NCBI GenBank assembly: GCA_964016885.1
Contig: OZ024753.1
Span: forward strand, 26,474,001-26,538,000
Reading direction: 5' to 3'
DNA length: 64,000 bases
Source: Eledone cirrhosa
Taxonomy: Eukaryota
Below, piece after piece: positions 13,101 to 26,600 of this stretch; the first letter of the stretch is position 1; each line of letters starts with the position of its first letter. Made by a program: the position numbers and the translations under genes. Below the pieces are notes generated by a model that worked only from the letters and a program-made list of their open reading frames with translations, was not told where the DNA came from and made no database searches.

Positions 13101-16100
13101 GCCGTTACCTATGTTAGGAGGGTGCCCTTATCTACGTTGGGAGGGTGCCATTACCTATTTTAGGAGGGTGCCATTACCTATGTTGGAAGAGTGCGGTTAC
13201 CTATGTTAGGAGGGTGCCGTTACATATGTTGGTAGGGAGCCGTTACCTATGTTGGGAGAGTGCCATTACCTATGTTAGGAGGGTGCCGTTACCCATGTTA
13301 GGAGGGTGCCTTTACCTATATTGGAAGGGTGCCTTTACTATGTTAGGAGGGTGCCGTTACCTATGTTGGGAGGGTGGCGTTACCTATGTTAGGAATGTGC
13401 CATTACCTATGTTGGAAGGGTGCCGTTACCTATGTTAGGAAGGTGCCGTTACTTATGTTAGGAGGGTGCCGTTATCTATGTTGGGAGGGTGCCGTTATCT
13501 ATGTTAGGAGGGTACCATTACCTATGTTGGAAGGGTGCCGTTACCTATGTTAGGAGGGTGCCTTTACCTATGTTAGGAGAGTGCCGTTACCTATGTTAGG
13601 AGGGTGCCGTTACCTATGTTGGGAGAGTGCCATTACCTATGTTAGGAGGGTGTCATTACCTATGTTGGGAGGGTGCCGTTACCTATGATGGGAGAGTGCC
13701 GTTACCGATGTTGGGAGGGTGCTGTTACCTGTTTGGGAGAGTGCCATCACCTATGTTAGGAGGGTTCCGTTACCTATGTTAAGAGGGTACCTTTAATTAT
13801 GTTGGAAGGGTGGCGTTACCTATGTTAGGAGGGTGCCATTACCTATGTTGGAAGAGTGCGGTTACCTATGTTAGGAGGGTGCCGTTACATATGTTGGGAG
13901 GGTGGCGTTACCTATGTTGGGAGAGTGCGAGTACCTATGTTAGTAGGCTACCGTTACCTATTTTGGGAGAGTGCCATTACCTATGTTAGGAGGGTGCCAT
14001 TACCTATGTTAGGAGGGTGCCATTACCTATGTTGGAAGGGTGCCTTTACCTATGTTGGAAGGGTGGCGTTACCTATGTTAGGAGGGTGCCGTTACCTATG
14101 TTAGGAGAGTGCCATTGCTTATGTTGGGAGGGTGCCGTTACCTATGATGGGAGAGTGCCGTTACCGATGTTGGGAGGGTGCCGTTACCTATTTGGGAGAG
14201 TGCCATCACCTATGTTAGGAGGGTGCCGTTACCTATGTTAAGAGGGTACCTTTAATTATGTTGGAAGGGTGGCGTTACCTATGTTAGGAGGGTGTCGTTA
14301 CCTATGTTGGGAGGGTGTCGTTACCTATGTTGGGATATTGCCATTCCATATGTTGGGAGGGTGCCGTTATCTATGTTAGGAGGGTGCCATTACCTATGTT
14401 GGAAGGGTGCCGTTACCTATGTTATGACAGTGCCGTTACGTATGTTGGGAGGGTGCTGTTACCGTTGTGGGAAGAGTGCAAATACCTATGTTGGGAGGGT
14501 TCCGTTACCTTTGTTGGAAGGGTGCCGTTACCTATGTTAGGAGGGTGCCTCTACCTATGTTAGGAGAGTACCGTTACCTATGTTGGGACGGTGCCGTTAC
14601 CTATGTAGGGAGAATGGCGTTACCTATGTTGGGAGGGTGCCATTACCTATGTTGGAAGGGTGCCGTTACCTATGTTAGGAAGTTGCCGTTACTTATGTTA
14701 GGAGGGTGCCGTTATCTATGTTGGGAGGGTGCCGTTACCTATGTTAGGAGGGTGCCATTACCTATGTTGGAAGGGTGCCGTTACCTATGTTAGGAGCGTG
14801 CCGTTACCTATGTTAGAAGAGTGCCATTACCTATGTTAGGAGGATGCCATTACCTATGTTGGAAGGGTGCCTTTACCTATGTTGGGACAGTGCATTTACC
14901 TATGTTGGAAGAGTGCAGTTACCTATGTTAGGAGAATGTCGTTACGTATGTTGGGATAGTTCCGTTACCTATGTTGGGAGGGTGCCGTTACCTATGTTGT
15001 AAGGGTGCTATTACCTATGTTGGGAGGGTGCTGTGACATATGTTAGGATAGTGCCGTTACCTATGTTGGGAGGGTGGTGCTACCTATGTTGGGAGAGTGC
15101 CGTTACCTATGTTAGGAGCGTGCCGTTACCTATGTTGGCAGGGTGCCGTTACTTATATTGGGAGAGTGCCGTTACCTATGTTAGGAGAGTGCCGTTACCT
15201 ATGTTGGCAGGGTGCCGTTACTTATATTGGGAGAGTGCCATTACCTATGTTAGGAGGGTGCCATTACCTATGTAAGGAGGTTGCCGTTACCTATGTTGGG
15301 AGGGTGCCATTATCTATATTAGGAGGGTACCGTTACCTATGTTAGGAGGTTGCCATTACCTATGTTGGAAGGGTGCCGTTACCTATGTTAGGAGGGTGCC
15401 TTTACCTATCTTAGGAGAGTGCCATTACCTATGTTGGGAGGGTGCCGTTACCTATGTTGGGAGAGTGCCGTTACCTATTTTGGGAGAGTGCCAGTACCTA
15501 TGTTGCGAGGGTGCCGTTACCTATGTTGGGAGAGTGCCGTTACCTATGTTAGGTGGGTGCCGTTACCTGTTAGGAGGGTGCCTTTACCTATGTTAGGAGG
15601 GTGCCATTACCTATGTTGGAAGGGTGCCGTTACCTATGTTAGGAAGGTGCCGTTACCTATGTTAGGAGGGTGCCGTTATCTATGTTGGGAGGGTGCCATT
15701 ACCTATTTTAGGAGGGTGCCATTACCTATGTTGGAAGATTGCGGTTACCTATGTTAGGAGGGTGCCGTTACATATGTTGGGAGGGTGGCGTTACCTATGT
15801 TGGGAGAGTGCGAGTACCTATGTTAGGAGGCTGCCGTTACCTATTTTGGGAGAGTGCCATTACCTATGTTAGGAGGGTGCCATTACCTATGTTAGGAGGG
15901 TGCCATTACCTATGTTGGAAGGGTGCCTTTACCTATGTTGGAAGGGTGCCGTTACCTATGTTAGGAGGGTGCCGTTACCTATGTTAGGTGGGTGCCATTA
16001 CCTATGTTGGAAGGGTGCCGTTACCTATGTTAGGAGGGTGCCTTTACCTATCTTAGGAGAGTGCCATTACCTATGTTGGGAGGGTGCCGTTACCTATGTT

Positions 16101-16620
16101 GGGAGAGTGCCGTTACCTATTTTGGGAGAGTGCCAGTACCTATGTTGCGAGGGTGTCGTTACCTATGTTGGGAGAGTGCCGTTACCTATGTTAGGAGGGT
16201 GCCGTTACCTGTTAGGAGGGTGCCTTTACCTATGTTAGGAGGGTGCCATTACCTATGTTGGAAGGGTGCCGTTACCTATGTTAGGAAGGTGCCGTTACCT
16301 ATGTTAGGAGGGTGCCCTTATCTATGTTGGGAGGGTGCCATAACCTATTTTAGGAGGGTGCCATTACCTATGTTGGAAGTGTGCGGTTACCTATGTTAGG
16401 AGGGTGCCGTTACATATGTTGGGAGGGTGGCGTTACCTATGTTGGGAGAGTGCGAGTACCTATGTTAGGAGGCTGCCGTTACCTATTTTCGGAGAGTGCC
16501 ATTACCTATGTTAGGAGGGTGCCATTACCTATGTTAGGAGGGTGCCATTACCTATGTTGGAAGGGTGCCTTTACCTATGTTGGAAGGGTGCCGTTACCTA
16601 TGTTAGGAGGGTGCCGTTAC
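10130..16620 (+). repeat. Higher-order duplication: ~10.1-13.2 kb repeated at ~13.5-16.4 kb (offset 3401, then 3190)
   Basis: Identical pseudo-ORFs act as markers: 10455/13856 and 10616/14017 (offset 3401); 11843/15033, 12149/15339 and 12549/15739 (offset 3190). Rare variants are shared in the same order. Confidence 0.9.
12150..13230 (+). repeat. 642-bp internal tandem duplication (27 x 23 + one 21-bp monomer), second copy partial; also present at ~15340-16620
   Basis: Pseudo-ORFs 12229/12871 and 15419/16061 are offset by 642. The diagnostic 21-bp monomer GTTACCTGTTAGGAGGGTGCC occurs at ~12372, 13014, 15562 and 16204. Confidence 0.88.
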
Positions 16621-19600
16621 CTATCTTAGGAGAGTGCCATTACCTATGTTGGGAGGGTGTCGTTACCTATGATGGGAGAGTGCCGTTACCGATGTTGGGA
16701 GGGTGCCGTTACCTATTTGGGAGAGTGCCATCACCTATGTTAGGAGGGTGCCGTTGCCTATGTCGGGAGGGTGCCGTTACCTATGTTGGGAGAGTGGCGT
16801 TACCTATGTTGGGAGGGTGCCGTTACCTATGTTGGGAGAGTGCCATTACCTATATAAGGAGGGTGCCGTTACCTATGTTGGGAGAGTGCCGTTACCTATG
16901 GTGGAAGTGAGTCATTACCTATGTTTGAAGGGTGCCGTTACCTATGTTAGGAGGGTGCCGTGACCTATGCTAGGAGAGTGCCGTTACCTATGTTGGGAGA
17001 TTGCCGTTACGTATGTTGGGAGAGTGCCATTACCTATGTTAGAAGGGTTCCATTACCTATGTTAGAAGGGTGCCGTTACCTATGTTAGGAGGGTGCCTCT
17101 ACCTATGTTAGGAGAGTACCGTTACCTATGTTGGGACGTTGCCGTTACCTATGTAGGGAGAATGGCGTTACCTATGTTGGGAGGGTGCCATTACCTATGT
17201 TGGAAGGGTGCCGTTACCTATGTTAGGAAGTTGCTGTTACTTATGTTAGGAGGGTGCCGTTATCTATGTTGGGAGGGTGCCGTTACCTATGTTAGGAGGG
17301 TGCCATTACCTATGTTGGAAGGGTGCCGTTACCTATGTTAGGAGCGTGCCGTTACCTATGTTAGAAGAGTGCCATTACCTATGTTAGGAGGATGCCATTA
17401 CCTATGTTGGAAGGGTGCCGTTACCTATGTTGGGACAGTGCATTTACCTATGTTGGAAGGGTGCAGTTACCTATGTTGTAAGGGTGCTATTACCTATGTT
17501 GGGAGGGTGCCGTGACATATGTTAGGATAGTGCCGTTACCTATGTTGGGAGGGTGGTGCTACCTATGTTGGGAGAGTGCCGTTACCTATGTTAGGAGAGT
17601 GCCGTTACCTATGTTGGCAGGGTGCCGTTACTTATATTGGGAGAGTGCCGTTACCTATGTTAGGAGAGTGCCGTTACCTATGTTGGCAGGGTGCCGTTAC
17701 TTATATTGGGAGAGTGCCATTACCTATGTTAGGAGGGTGCCATTACCTATGTAAGGAGGTTGCCGTTACCTATGTTAGGAGGGTGCCTTTACCTATCTTA
17801 GGAGAGTGCCGTTACCTATGTTGGGAGAGTGCCGTTACCTATTTTGGGAGAGTGCCAGTACCTATGTTGCGAGGGTGCCGTTACCTATGTTGGGAGAGTG
17901 CCGTTACCTATGTCGGGAGGGTGCCGTTACCTATGTTGGGAGAGTGGCGTTACCTATGTTGGGAGCGTGCCGTTACCTATGTTGGGAGAGTGCCGTTACC
18001 TATGGTGGAAGTGAGCCATTACCTATGTTGGAAGGGTGCCGTTACCTATGTTAGGAGGGTTCCGTGACCTATGTTAGGAGAGTGCCGTTACCTATGTTGG
18101 GAGGGTGCCGTTACCTATGTTGGGAGAGTGTTGGAAGGGTGCCCTTACCTATGTGAGGAGGGTGCCGTTACCTGTGTTGGGAAGGTGTCGTTACCTATGT
18201 TGGGATAGTGCCATTACCTATGTTGGGAGGGTGCAGTTACGTATGTTCGGAGGGTGCCGTTACCGTTGTTGGGAGAGTGCCAATACCTATGCTGGGAGGG
18301 TTCCGTTACCTATTTTGGGAGAGTGTAATTACCTATGTTAGGATGGTGCCATTACCTATGTTAGGATGGTGCCATTACCTATGTTAGGAGGCTGGGGTTA
18401 CTTATGTTGGGAGAGTGCCATTACCTAAGTTAGTAGGGTGTCATTACCAATGTTAGGAGGGTGCCATTACCTCTGTTGGAAGGGTGCTGTTACCTATGTT
18501 AAGCTGGTGTCGTTACCTATGTTGGGAGGGTGCTGTTACCTATGTTGGGAGAGTGCCATTACCTATGTTGGGAGTGTGCCGTTACCTATTTGGGAGAGTG
18601 CCATCACCTATGTTAGGAGCGTGCCGTTACCTATATTAGGAGGGTACCTTTAATTATGTTGGATGGGTGCCGTTACCTATGTTGGAAGGGTGCCGTTACC
18701 TATGTTGCAAGGGAACCGTTACCTATGTTTGGAGGGAGCTGTTACCTATGTTAGGAGAGTGCCGTTACCTATGTTGGGAGGTTGCCATTACCTAAGTTAG
18801 GAGAGTGTCATTACCTATGTTAGGAGGGTGCCGTTACCTATGTTGGGAGGGTGCCGTTACCTAAGTTGGGAGAATGCTGTTACCTATGTTGGGAGGGTGC
18901 CGTTACCTATGTTGGAAGGATGGCGTTACCTATGTTGGGAGAGTGCGAGTACCTATGTTAGGAGATTGCCATTACCTATGTTAAGAGGGTGCCATTACCT
19001 ATGTTGGAATAGTGCTGTTACCTATGCTAGGAGGGTGCCGTTACATATGTTGGGAGGGTGGCGTTACCCATGTTGGGAGAGTGCGAGTACCTATGTTGGT
19101 AGGGAGCCGTTACCTATGTTGGGAGGGTGGCGTTACCTATGTTAGGAGGGTGCCATTACCTATGTTGGAAGGGTGCCGTTACCTATGTTAGGAAGGTGCC
19201 GTTACTTATGTTAGGAGGGTGCCGTTATCTATGTTGGGAGGGTGCCGTTACCTATGTTAGGAGGGTACCATTACCTATGTTGGAAGCGTGCCCTTACCTA
19301 TGTTAGGAGGGTGCCTTTACCTATGTTAGGAGAGTGACGTTACCTATGTTAGGAGGGTGCCGTTACCTATGTTGGGAGAGTGCCATTACCTATGTTAGGA
19401 GGGTGCCATTACCTATGTTGGGAGGGTGCCGTTACCTATGATGGGAGAGTGCCGTTACCGATGTTGGGAGGGTGCCGTTACCTATGCTGGGAGAGTGCCG
19501 TTACCTATGTTGCGAGGGAGGCGTTACCTATGTTGGCAGAGTGCCATCACCTATGTTAGGAGGGTGCCGTTGCCTATGTTAGGAGGGTACCTTTCATTAT

Positions 19601-20629
19601 GTTGGAAGGGTGCCGTTACCTATGTTAGGAGAGTGCCATTACCTATGTTAGGAGGGTGCCGTTACCTATGTTTGGAGGGTGTCGTTACCTAAGTTGGGAG
19701 AGTGCTGTTACCTATGATGGGAGAGTGCCGTTACTTATGTTGGAAGGGTGGCGTTTCCTATGTTGGGAGAGTGCGAGTACCTATGTTAGGAGAGTGCCAT
19801 TACCTACGTTAGGAGGGTGCCATTACCTATGTTAGGAGGGTGCCATTACCTACGTTGGAAGGGTGCCGTTACCTATGTTGGGAGAGTGCCATTACCTATG
19901 TTGGGAGGTGGGTCGTTACCTATGTTAGGACGGAGCCATTACCTATTTTGGAAGGGTGCCGTTACCTAAGTTGGGAGAGTGCTGTTACCTAGGTTTGGGA
20001 GGGTGCCGTTACCTATGTTGGAAGGGTGGCGTTATCTATGTTGGGAGAGTGCGAGTACCTATGTTGGGAGGGTGCCGTTACCTATGGTGGGAGAGTGCCG
20101 TTACCTATGTTGGGAGGGCGCCGTTACCTATGTTGGGAGGGTGCCGTTACCTATGTTGGGAGGGTGCCATTACCTATGTTAGGAGGGTGTCATTACCTAT
20201 GTTGGAAGGGTGCCGTTACCTATGTTAGGAGGGTGTCGTTACCAATGATAGGAGAGTACCTTTACCTATGTTGCGACGGTGCCGTTACCTATGTAGGGAG
20301 AATGGCGTTACCTATGTTGGGAGGGTGCCATTACCTATGTTGGGAGGGTGCAGTTACGTATGTTGGGAGGGTGCCGTTACCGTTGTTGGGAGAGTGCCAA
20401 TACCTATGCTGGAAGGGTTCCGTTACCTATTTTGGGAGAGTGCCATTACCTATGTTAGGATGGTGCCATTACCTATGTTAGGATGGTGCCATTACCTATG
20501 TTAGGAGGCTGGGGTTACTTATGTTGGGAGAGTGCCATTACCTAAGTTAGTAGGGTGTCATTACCAATGTTAGGACGGTGCCATTACCTCTGTTGGAAGG
20601 GTGCTGTTACCTATGTTAAGCTGGTGCCG

Positions 20630-23600
20630 TTACGTATGTTGGGAGGGTGCTGTTACCGTTGTGGGAAGAGTGCAAATACCTATGTTGGGAGGGTTCCGAT
20701 ACCTTTGTTGGAAGGGTGCCGTTACCTATGTTAGGCGGGTGCCGTTACTTATCTTGGGAGGGTGCTGTTACCTATGTTAGGAGGATGCCATTACCTATTT
20801 TAGAAGTGTGCCGTTACCTATGTTAGGAGGCTGCTGCTATCTATGTTAGGAGAGTGCCGTTACCTATGTTGAGAGGGTGCCGTTACTTATGTTGGGAGAG
20901 TGCCGTTACCTATGTTGGGAGAGTGCCGTTACCTATGTTAGGAGGGTGCCGTTACCAATGTTAGGAGAGTGCCATTACCTATGTTGGGAGTGTGCCGTTA
21001 CCTATGATGGGAGAGTGCCGTTACCGATGTTGGGGGGGTGCCGTTACCTATTTGGGAGAGTGCCATCACCTATGTTAGGAGGGTGCCGTTACCTATATTA
21101 GGAGGGTACCTTTAATCATGTTGGATGGGTGCCGTTACCTATGTTAGGAGGCTGCCGTTACCTATTTTGGGAGAGTGCCATTACCTATGTTAGGAGGGTG
21201 CCATTACCTATGTTGGAAGGGTGCCTTTACCTATGTTGGAAGGGAGCCGTTAGCTATGTTATGGAGGGTGCCGTTACCTATGTTAGGAGAGTGCCATTAC
21301 CTATGATGGGAGAGTGCCGTTACCGATGTTGGGAGGGTGCCGTTACCTATTTGGGAGAGTGCCATCACCTATGTTAGGAGGGTGCCATTACCTATGTTGG
21401 AAGGATGCCGTTACCTATGTTAGGAGAGTGCTGTTACCTATGTTGGGAGAGTGCCGTTACCTATGTTAGGAGGGTGCCGTTACCTATGTTGGGAGAGTGT
21501 TGGAAGCGTGCCGTTACCTATGTTGGGAGAGTGTTGGAAGGGTGGCGTTACCTATGTTAGGAGGGTGCCGTTACCTATGTTGGGAGCGTGCCATTACCTA
21601 TGTTAGGAGGGTGCGTTACCTATGTTAGGAGGGTGCCTTTACCGATGTTGGAAGTGTGCCGTTACCTATGTTAGGAGGCTGCCGTTACCTATTTTGGGAG
21701 AGTGCCATTACCTATGTTAGGAGGGTGCCATTACCTATGTTGGGACAGTGTTGGAAGGGTGCCGCTACGTATGTTAGGAGGGTGCCGTTACCTATGTTGG
21801 GAGGGTGCCATTACCTATGTTTGAAGGGTGCCGTTACCTATGTTAGGAGAGTGCTGTTACGTATGTTGGGAGGGTGCTGTTACCTATGTTAGGAGGGTGC
21901 CATTACCTATGTTAGAAGTGTGCCGTTACCTATGTTAGGAGGGTGCTCTTATCTATGTTAGGAGAGTGCCGTTACCTATGTTGGGAGAGTGCCGTTACCT
22001 ATGTTAGGAGGGTGCCGTTACCAATGTTAGGAGAGTGCCATTACCTATGTTGGGAGTGTGCCGTTACCTATGATGGGAGAGGGCCGTTACCGATGTTGGG
22101 AGGGTGCCGTTACCTATTTGGGAGAGTGTCATCACCTATGTTAGGAGGGTGCCGTTAGCTATATTAGGAGGGTACCTTTAATTATGCTGGATGGGTGCCG
22201 TTACCTATGTTGGAAGGGTGCCGTTACCTATGTTGCAAGGGAACCGTTACCTATGTTTGGAGGGTGCTGTTACCTATGTTAGGAGAGTGCCGTTACCTAG
22301 TATGGGAGAGTGCCGTTACCTATGTTGCGAGGGAGCCGTTACCTATGTTGGCAGAGTGCCATCACCTATGTTAGGAGGGTGCCGTTACCTATGTTAGGAG
22401 GGTACCTTTCATTATGTTGGAAGGGTGCCGTTACCTATGTTAGGAGAGTGCCATCACCTACGTTAGAAGGGTGCCATTACCTATGTTGGAAGGGTGCCAT
22501 TACCTATGTTAGGAGGGTGCCATTACCTATGTTAGGAGAGTGCCATAACATGTTAGGAGGGTGCCGTTACCTATGTTTGGAGGGTGTCGTTACCTAAGTT
22601 GGGAAAGTGCTGTTACCTATGATGGGAGAGTGCCGTTACTTATGTTGGAAGGGTGGCGTTTCCTATGTTGGAAGGATGCCGTTACCTATGTTGGGAGAGT
22701 GCCATTAACTATGTTGGGAGGTGGGTCGTTACCTATGTTAGGAGGGAGCCATTACCTATTTTGGAAGGGTGCCGTTACCTAAGTTGGGAGAGTGCCGTTA
22801 CCTATGTTGGGAGGGTGCCGTTACCTATGTTGGAAGGGTGGCGTTACCTATGTTGGGAGAGTGCGAGTACCTATGTTGGGAGGGTGCCGTTACCTATGGT
22901 GGAAGAGTGCCGTTACCTATGTTGGGAGGGCGCCGTTACCTATGTTGGGAGAGTGGCGTTACCTATGTTGGGAAGGTGCCGTTACGTATGTTGGGAGAGT
23001 GCCATTACCTATGTTAGGAGGGTGCCATTACCTATGTTGGAAGGGTGCCGTTACCTATGTTAGGAGGGTGCCGTTACCAATGTTAGGAGAGTACCGTTAC
23101 CTATGTTGGGACGGTGCCGTTACCTATGTAGGGAGAATGGCGTTACCTATGTTGGGAGGGTGCCATTACCTATGTTGGGAGAGTGCCATTACCTATGTAA
23201 GGAGGTTGTCGTTACCTATGTTGGGAGGGTGCCGTTATCTATATTAGGAGGGTACCGTTACCTATGTTAGGAGGGTGCCATTACCTATGTTGGAAGGGTG
23301 CCGTTACCTATGTTAGGAGGGTGCCTTTACCTATCTTAGGAGAGTGCCGTTACCTATGTTGGGAGGGTGCCGTTACCTATGTTGGGAGATTGCCGTTACG
23401 TATGTTGGGAGAGTGCCATTACCTATGTTAAAAGGGTGCCATTACCTATGTTAGGAGGGTGCCGTTACCTATATTGGAAGGATCCCGTTACCTATGTTAG
23501 GAAGTTGCCGTAACTTATGTTAGGAGGGTGCCGTTATCTATGTTGGGAGGGTGCCGTTACCTATGTTAGGAGGGTGCCATTACCTATGTTGGAAGGGTGC

Positions 23601-26600
23601 CGTTACCTATGTTAGGAGCGTGCCGTTACCTATGTTAGAAGAGTGCCATTACCTATGTTAGGAGGATGCCATTACCTATGTTGGAAGGGTGACGTTACCT
23701 ATGTTGGAACAGTGCATTTACCTATGTTGGAAGGGTGCAGTTACCTATGTTAGGAGAATGTCGTTCCGTATGTTGGGATAGTTCCGTTACCTATGTTGAG
23801 AGAGTGAACATTAACTGTTGGGAGGGTACCGTTACCTATGTTGTAAGGGTGCTATTACCTATGTTGGGAGGGTGCCGTGACATATGTTAGGATAGTGCCG
23901 TTACCTATGTTGGGAGGGTGGTGCTACCTATGTTGGGAGAGTGCCGTTACCTATGTTAAGAGAGTGCCGTTACCTATGTTGGCAGGGTGCCGTTACTTAT
24001 ATTGGGAGAGTGCCATTACCTATGTTAGGAGGGTGCCATTACCTATGTTAGGAGAGTGCCAATACCTATGTTAGGAGGGTGTCGTTACCTATGTTGGGAG
24101 GGTGCTGTTACCGTTGTGGGAAGAGTGCAAATACCTATGTTGGGAGGGTTCCGATACCTTTGTTGGAAGGGTGCCGTTACCTATGTTAGGAGGGTGCCGT
24201 TACTTATCTTGGGAGGGTGCCGTTACCTATGTTAGGAGGGTGCCATTACCTATGTTAGAAGTGTGCCGTTACCTATGTTAGGAGGGTGATGTTATCTATG
24301 TTAGGAGAGTGCCGTTACCGATGTTGGGAGGGTGCCGTTACCTATTTGGGAGAGTGTCATCACCTATGTTAGGAGAGTGCCGTTACCTATATTAGGAGGG
24401 TACCTTTAATTATGCTGGATGGGTGCCGTTACCTATGTTGGAAGGGTGCCGTTACCTATGTTGCAAGGGAACCGTTACCTATGTTTGGAGGGTGCTGTTA
24501 CCTATGTTAGGAGAGTGCCGTTACCTAGTATGGGAGAGTGCCGTTACATATGTTGCGAGGGAGCCGTTACCTATGTTGGCAGAGTGCCATCACCTATGTT
24601 AGGAGGGTGCCGTTACCTATGTTAGGAGGGTACCTTTCATTATGTTGGAAGGATGCCGTTACCTATGTTAGGAGAGTGCCATTACCTACGTTAGAAGGGT
24701 GCCATTACCTATGTTTGGAGGGTGTCGTTACCTAAGTTGGGAGATTGCTGTTACCTATGATGGGAGAGTGCCGTTACTTATGTTGGAAGGGTGGCGTTTC
24801 CTATGTTGGGAGAGTACGAGTACCTATGTTAGGAGAGTGCCATTACCTATGTTAGGAGGGTGCCATTACCTATGTTAGGAGGGTACCATTACCTACGTTG
24901 GAAGGGTGCCGTTACCTATGTTGGGCGAGTGCCATTACTTATGTTGGGAGTTGGGTCGTTACCTATGTTAGGAGGGAGCCATTACCTATTTTGGAAGGGT
25001 GCCGTTACCTAAGTTGGGAGAGTGCCGTTACCTATGTTGGGAGGGTGCCGTTACCTATGTTGGAAGGGTGGCGTTACCTATGTTGGGCGTGTGCGAGTAC
25101 CTATGTTGGGAGGGTGCCGTTACCTATGGTGGAAGAGTGCCGTTACCTATGTTGGGAGGGCGCCGTTACCTATGTTGGGAAAGTGGCGTTACCTATGTTG
25201 GGAGGGTGCCTTTACCTATGTTAGGAGGGTGTCATTACCTAAGTTGGAAGGGTGCCGTTACCTATGTTAGGAGCGTGCCGTTACCTATGTTAGAAGAGTG
25301 AATTACCTATGTTAGGAGGATGCCATTACCTATGTTGGAAAGGTGCCGTTACCTATGTTGGGACAGTGCATTTACCTATGTTGGAAGGGTGCAGTTACCT
25401 ATGTTAGGAGAATGTCGTTACGGATGTTGGCATAGTTCCGCTACCTATGTTAGGAGAGTGAACATTACCTATGTTGGGAGGGTGCCGTTACCTATGTTGT
25501 AAGGGTGCTATTACCTATGTTGGGAGGGTGCCGTGACATATGTTAGGATAGTGCCGTTACCTACGTTGGGAGGGTGGTGCTACCTATGTTGGGAGAGTGC
25601 CGTTACCTATGTTGGCAGGGTGCCGTTACTTATATTGGGAGAGTGCCGTTACCTATGTTAGGAGAGTGCCGTTACCTATGTTGGCAGGGTGCCGTTACTT
25701 ATATTGGGAGAGTGCCATTACCTATGTTAGGAGGGTGCCATTACCTATGTTAGGAGAGTGCCATTACCTATGTTAGGAGGGTGCCATTACCTATGTTAGG
25801 AGTGTGCCATTACCTATGTTAGGAGGGTGTCGTTACCTATGTTGGGTGGGTGCCGTTACCTAAGTTGGGAGAGAGCTGTTACCTATGTTGGGAGGGTGCC
25901 GTTCCCTATGTTGGAAGGGTGGCGTTAACTATGTTAGGAGAGTGCCATTACCTATGTTGGGAGGGTGCCGTTACCTATGTTAGGAGGGTGCCATTACCTA
26001 TGTTGGAAGGGTGCCGTTACCTATGTTAGGAGAGTGCTGTTACCTATGTTGGGAGAGTGCCGTTACCTATGTTAGGAGGGTGCCGTTACCTATGTTGGGA
26101 GAGTGTTGGAAGCGTGCCGTTACCTATGTTGGGAGAGTGTTTGAGGGTGGCGTTACCTATGTTGGGATAGTGCCATTTCCTATGTTGGGAGGGTGCCGTA
26201 ACGTATGTTGGGAGGGTGCCGTTACCGTTGTTGGGAGAGTGCCAATACATATCTTGGGAGGGTTCCATTACCTATGTCGGGAGAGTGCCATTACCTATGT
26301 TAGGAGGGTGCCATTACCTATGTTAGGAGAGTGCCATTACCTATGTTAGGAGGGTGCCATTACCTATGTTAGGAGGGTGTCATTACCTATGTTGGAAGGG
26401 TGCTGTTACCTATGTTAGGAGGGTGCCGTTACCTATGTTGGGAGCGTGCCATTACCTATGTTAGGAGGGTGCGTTACCTATGTTAGGAGGGTGCCTTTAC
26501 CGATGTTGGAAGTGTGCCGTTACCTATGTTAGGAGGCTGCCGTTACTTATTTTGGGAGAGTGCCATTACCTATGTTAGGAGGGTGCCATTACCTATGTTA

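Noticed and set aside
26086-26268. Only - strand ORF (60 aa)
   Set aside because: A chance opening: two 12-nt deletions and point variants remove the TAG/TAA stops that the - strand consensus normally carries.
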